Below the pieces are notes generated by a model that saw only the letters and a program-made list of their open reading frames with translations, made no database searches and was not told the DNA's origin. Positions 62,152 to 64,000 of a DNA stretch of 64,000 nucleotides are shown here, one piece after another; position 1 is the stretch's first letter, and the number at the start of each line of letters is the position of its first letter. The stretch is taken from NCBI GenBank assembly GCA_050012255.1, contig JBEKHN010000002.1, positions 144,118-208,117 on the forward strand, in the 5' to 3' direction. Origin of the DNA: Candidatus Bathyarchaeia archaeon. GTDB lineage: Archaea; Thermoproteota; Bathyarchaeia; Bathyarchaeales; Bathycorpusculaceae. Both the position numbers and the translations under genes were made by a program.

Positions 62152-62554
62152 CATAATCTAGCCTTTCACGCACATTTAGAGGCAGCTCCTCTAGACGATT
62201 TTAGCGCGCAAATACAAGGAGTTTATCAAGAAATAACAAGCTCTAGCTTCTATCTTCGCTCTCTAACCACTCTTCTGTTTTGTCTCAAATCTATTCACCT
62301 TTTTTTAGAGTGCTTACGATGAATCTTTCGAGTTTTTCTATTACTTCGCTTATAAGTCATTTTTCAATCTTCTTTGTTTTCTTATTTCATTATTCCGACG
62401 ATTATCTTGTAGAATGTTGTATTGTCCATAGTGCTTAATAATTATTCGCGCGCGCTCGAAGACGAATTCAGGGGATTGGAAGAGCAATCGATCGATCGCA
62501 AGGAAAGAACTGGCGTATGATGTTATGCATTAGGACGCGCACCACAATTGAGAA

Positions 62555-62647
62555 CTATTTCTTTAGTCGCTTCTCCTTATGTTTTCTTCTTTTTTCTTCT
62601 CTTTCCTTTTTAGTCATTGGTTTCTTCTTGGTGGCTCCAGTGCTCAA
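62555..62647 (-). CDS. 30-aa basic microprotein (absent from ORF track)
   Basis: GGTGA SD, TTG start, MSTGATKKKPMTKKEREEKRRKHKEKRLKK. Confidence 0.45.
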   Translation of the reverse strand: MSTGATKKKPMTKKEREEKRRKHKEKRLKK

Positions 62648-62783
62648 CGCAATCACCACACTCAAGTAATCAGAATAGGGAATTAAGTTTTTGCGGCTTA
62701 ACTAAAAGTTTCTAAGATTAGCCAGTCGTCTTTAGGTTCCCATCTCTTCTTTCTACACTTGCTTGCCTTCTCGCGCGCGCTAA

Positions 62784-62936
62784 AAAACAGCAAAATTCAG
62801 GATTAATTTTGAAGGCGAGACCTACTACTTCTGCTCCGCGAGTTGCAAAGAAAAATTCAAACGCCATCCAAAGAAGTTCATTGAACAATTTACGTTCTAT
62901 GGAAGTCTACTCATTAAATCTGCGTGCGCATTCTAA
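62784..62936 (+). pseudogene. YHS/TRASH domain fragment lacking its N-terminus
   Basis: KTAKFRINFEGETYYFCSASCKEKFKRHPKKF; the usual DPVCGM start is absent, and upstream lies GCGCGCGC-TAA. Confidence 0.75.
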
Positions 62937-63361
62937 GAACACAGCTGTAACAGTCAAACCTAACTGTGCAACACGGAGACCATCAGCGGCTTCACCAGAA
63001 TATCATCTGCTTTAATGTAAAAGCGTCCCGAAAATGTGGGAAAAAAAGAGAGTGACCTATCGCTGTTAGCTCTCTATTTAGTTTTCTTTTTACTTCCTTT
63101 TTCTTCTTTCCGGTCGGACTTTTGGACAGGATGCGACCTCAAATCCACAGTTATCAGCGCGCGCTCCTCACACTCACAAATGCAACGGCTTCTTTATCGC
63201 AAAACTATCAAAGGACAAAATCTAAACAGAAATCAAGAGCGAGGAGGAAGCGGGCAAGCGAACTCTCACAAACATGCCCACTCCAGACCATAAAAAGACT
63301 CGCGAACTCAACACTCAGGCAGTAGCCAAGAAAAGGTTTCCCCTTCTCTGCACTCACTTCT

Positions 63362-63568
63362 TTGCTTCAAACGAATGTCCAAGGGTTTAAACGCGAATTT
63401 GCAGAGTATTTGGGCGCAAAGCATGCAATTTGTATCTCAAACGGCACAATATCCCTTGAAATAGCTCTGTTAGCTATGGGTATAGGTAAGAGTGATGAGG
63501 TCATCACTTCGCCTTGCGCATTCGTTGTCGTTCCAATAAGGTGTGTGTTAGAAAAATCTTCACTGTAG
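63362..63568 (+). pseudogene. DegT/DnrJ/EryC1/StrS aminotransferase fragment
   Basis: FKREFAEYLGAKHAICISNGTISLEIALLAMGIG..DEVIT only. Confidence 0.75.
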
Positions 63569-63659
63569 TACACTACAACTAGGGATTAACAAAACGCGCA
63601 TGCTCATTTTTGCAACAACTTGCAAGAGATCATGATTTGACTGAATGTGTATGCGTCAG

Positions 63660-63806
63660 CTAATGAAGTTGATAGTTTATTTTTCCTTTTTCATTCACTT
63701 TAGATATGATTATGGTGAATTGTGCACCTTTGCCAGGAATGACATTTTCTTCTATGGTCCAACCGTAAAATTCCGTAATCTGGATCAGGTAGAGTCCGTA
63801 GTCTGA
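63660..63806 (-). pseudogene. histidine kinase HATPase C-terminal fragment
   Basis: YGLYLIQITEFYGWTIEENVIPGKGAQFTIII..NYQLH*, beginning directly at the (GC)5 repeat. Confidence 0.75.
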
Positions 63807-63884
63807 GCGCGCGCGCTAAATTAAAAAGGTGACAAAACTTCTATATATATTAGGTGTCTAAGCTTGAACTAGGGGAGATCGAAT

Positions 63885-64000
63885 ATGAAACCTGAACATT
63901 ATAAACCGATAAGGAAAGAAAAGCCCAAACGAAAAGGCAAGATTAGTGCGCGCAAAAGTCGAATGCTTGCAGCGGCTCAGAATGGAAACCTATTACTTCT
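63885..64000 (+). CDS. basic small ORF running off window
   Basis: TATATATA box and GGGGAG SD upstream; MKPEHYKPIRKEKPKRKGK. Confidence 0.35.
   Translation, partial: MKPEHYKPIRKEKPKRKGKISARKSRMLAAAQNGNLLL

Larger units (their letters stand above)
58689..63953. repeat. dispersed (GC)n palindromes: GCGCGCGC at 58689, 59718, 60536, 60735, 61163, 62448, 62773, 63157, 63807; GCGCGC at 60906, 62204, 63948
   Basis: Read directly; located at gene ends and fragment junctions. Confidence 0.9.

Noticed and set aside
58689-63953. Classical integron or IS cluster
   Set aside because: No attC-like GTTRRRY hairpins, integrase, transposase or terminal inverted repeats recognised.

Overview
Archaeal chromosomal window, most likely Bathyarchaeia/TACK, inferred from Alba, S26e, L40e, arcadin-1, Cren7-like and PEF-CTERM-like genes. 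Positions 1-58.7 kb are mostly housekeeping: aspS, sucCD, tfb, r-proteins, SAM synthetase, truD, cdc48, fen, trpB2, glmS, trm5, rtcA, nfo, pyrF, UDG, a CBS trio and a 2-oxoacid:ferredoxin oxidoreductase operon. Main hidden signals: (1) pcm looks frameshifted but carries a 31-nt intron with a canonical bulge-helix-bulge (BHB) motif, and its removal restores the conserved SAPHMV motif, so it is a candidate spliced archaeal mRNA. (2) From 58.7 kb to the end is an AT-richer mosaic of small genes and gene fragments punctuated by GCGCGCGC palindromes, several lying exactly at truncation points. (3) An initiator tRNA-Met has two BHB introns whose structures are mutually exclusive. (4) There is an unannotated C/D-box sRNA and two unexplained structured-RNA candidates. 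All calls come from manual reading; no searches were run.
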